Assembly (NCBI RefSeq): GCF_001194135.2
Contig: NC_068997.1
Coordinates: forward strand, 7,011,412 to 7,075,411
Source of the DNA: Octopus bimaculoides
Taxonomy: Eukaryota
Length of the DNA: 64,000 bases
Reading direction: 5' to 3'
The position numbers were made by a program, and so were the translations under genes. The notes under the pieces were generated by a model. That model was not told where the DNA came from and made no database searches. It was given only the letters and a program-made list of their open reading frames with translations. This document shows positions 63,875 through 64,000 of the stretch, piece after piece (the stretch's first letter is position 1; each line of letters opens with the position of its first letter).

Positions 63875-63962
63875 GCTACTCCGGCTAGCGGTGAGCTATT
63901 GGGACAGCTACTATCAGCTACAAATCTCTTCATAGATAGGGGTTCGAATCCCACTTCAACCA
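63875..63962 (+). pseudogene. Degenerate tRNA-like (Leu-like) remnant or SINE head
   Basis: Intact B box GGTTCGAATCC (63941-63951) preceded by TCTCTTC and followed by CACTTCAACCA; the 5' half does not form a convincing cloverleaf. Confidence 0.3.
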
Positions 63963-64000
63963 ATGTTGCTTTTTGTGTTTTTTTTATAATTCTCATTGAT

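Overview
Eukaryotic, AT-rich, repeat-dominated draft-assembly DNA with six N-gaps. The SINE and microsatellite content fits an octopus or related coleoid cephalopod (inference; no database was consulted). No intact protein-coding gene, rRNA, functional tRNA or CRISPR array can be supported, and nearly all supplied ORFs are repeat, low-complexity or gap artefacts. Recognisable content: (1) at least four dispersed SINE-like families, three with tRNA-like heads in at least some copies; (2) decayed RTE LINE fragments and many RTE 3'-UTR/tail copies, four with identical tails; (3) a CR1/L2-type fragment and Penelope-like ends with a hammerhead-like motif; (4) two mariner remnants, one with an internal inversion; (5) hAT, piggyBac-type and palindromic MITEs; (6) a decayed hAT transposase at 60.4-61.3 kb, abutted by an internally deleted HERO-like restriction-endonuclease retrotransposon at 61.3-63.2 kb. 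By eye, CpG is depleted over 1-37.9 kb and 39-54.8 kb but retained at 38-39 kb and 54.8-64 kb. Together with strand skew and splice motifs, this suggests introns of a minus-strand host transcript with a possibly bidirectional promoter near 55.3 kb, a second promoter near 38 kb and a candidate 57-nt exon at 29.1 kb. I found no convincing novel multi-gene system. The best leads are RNA-structural: tandem hairpin units in the RTE 3' UTR, inverted young repeats and a 248-bp palindrome.
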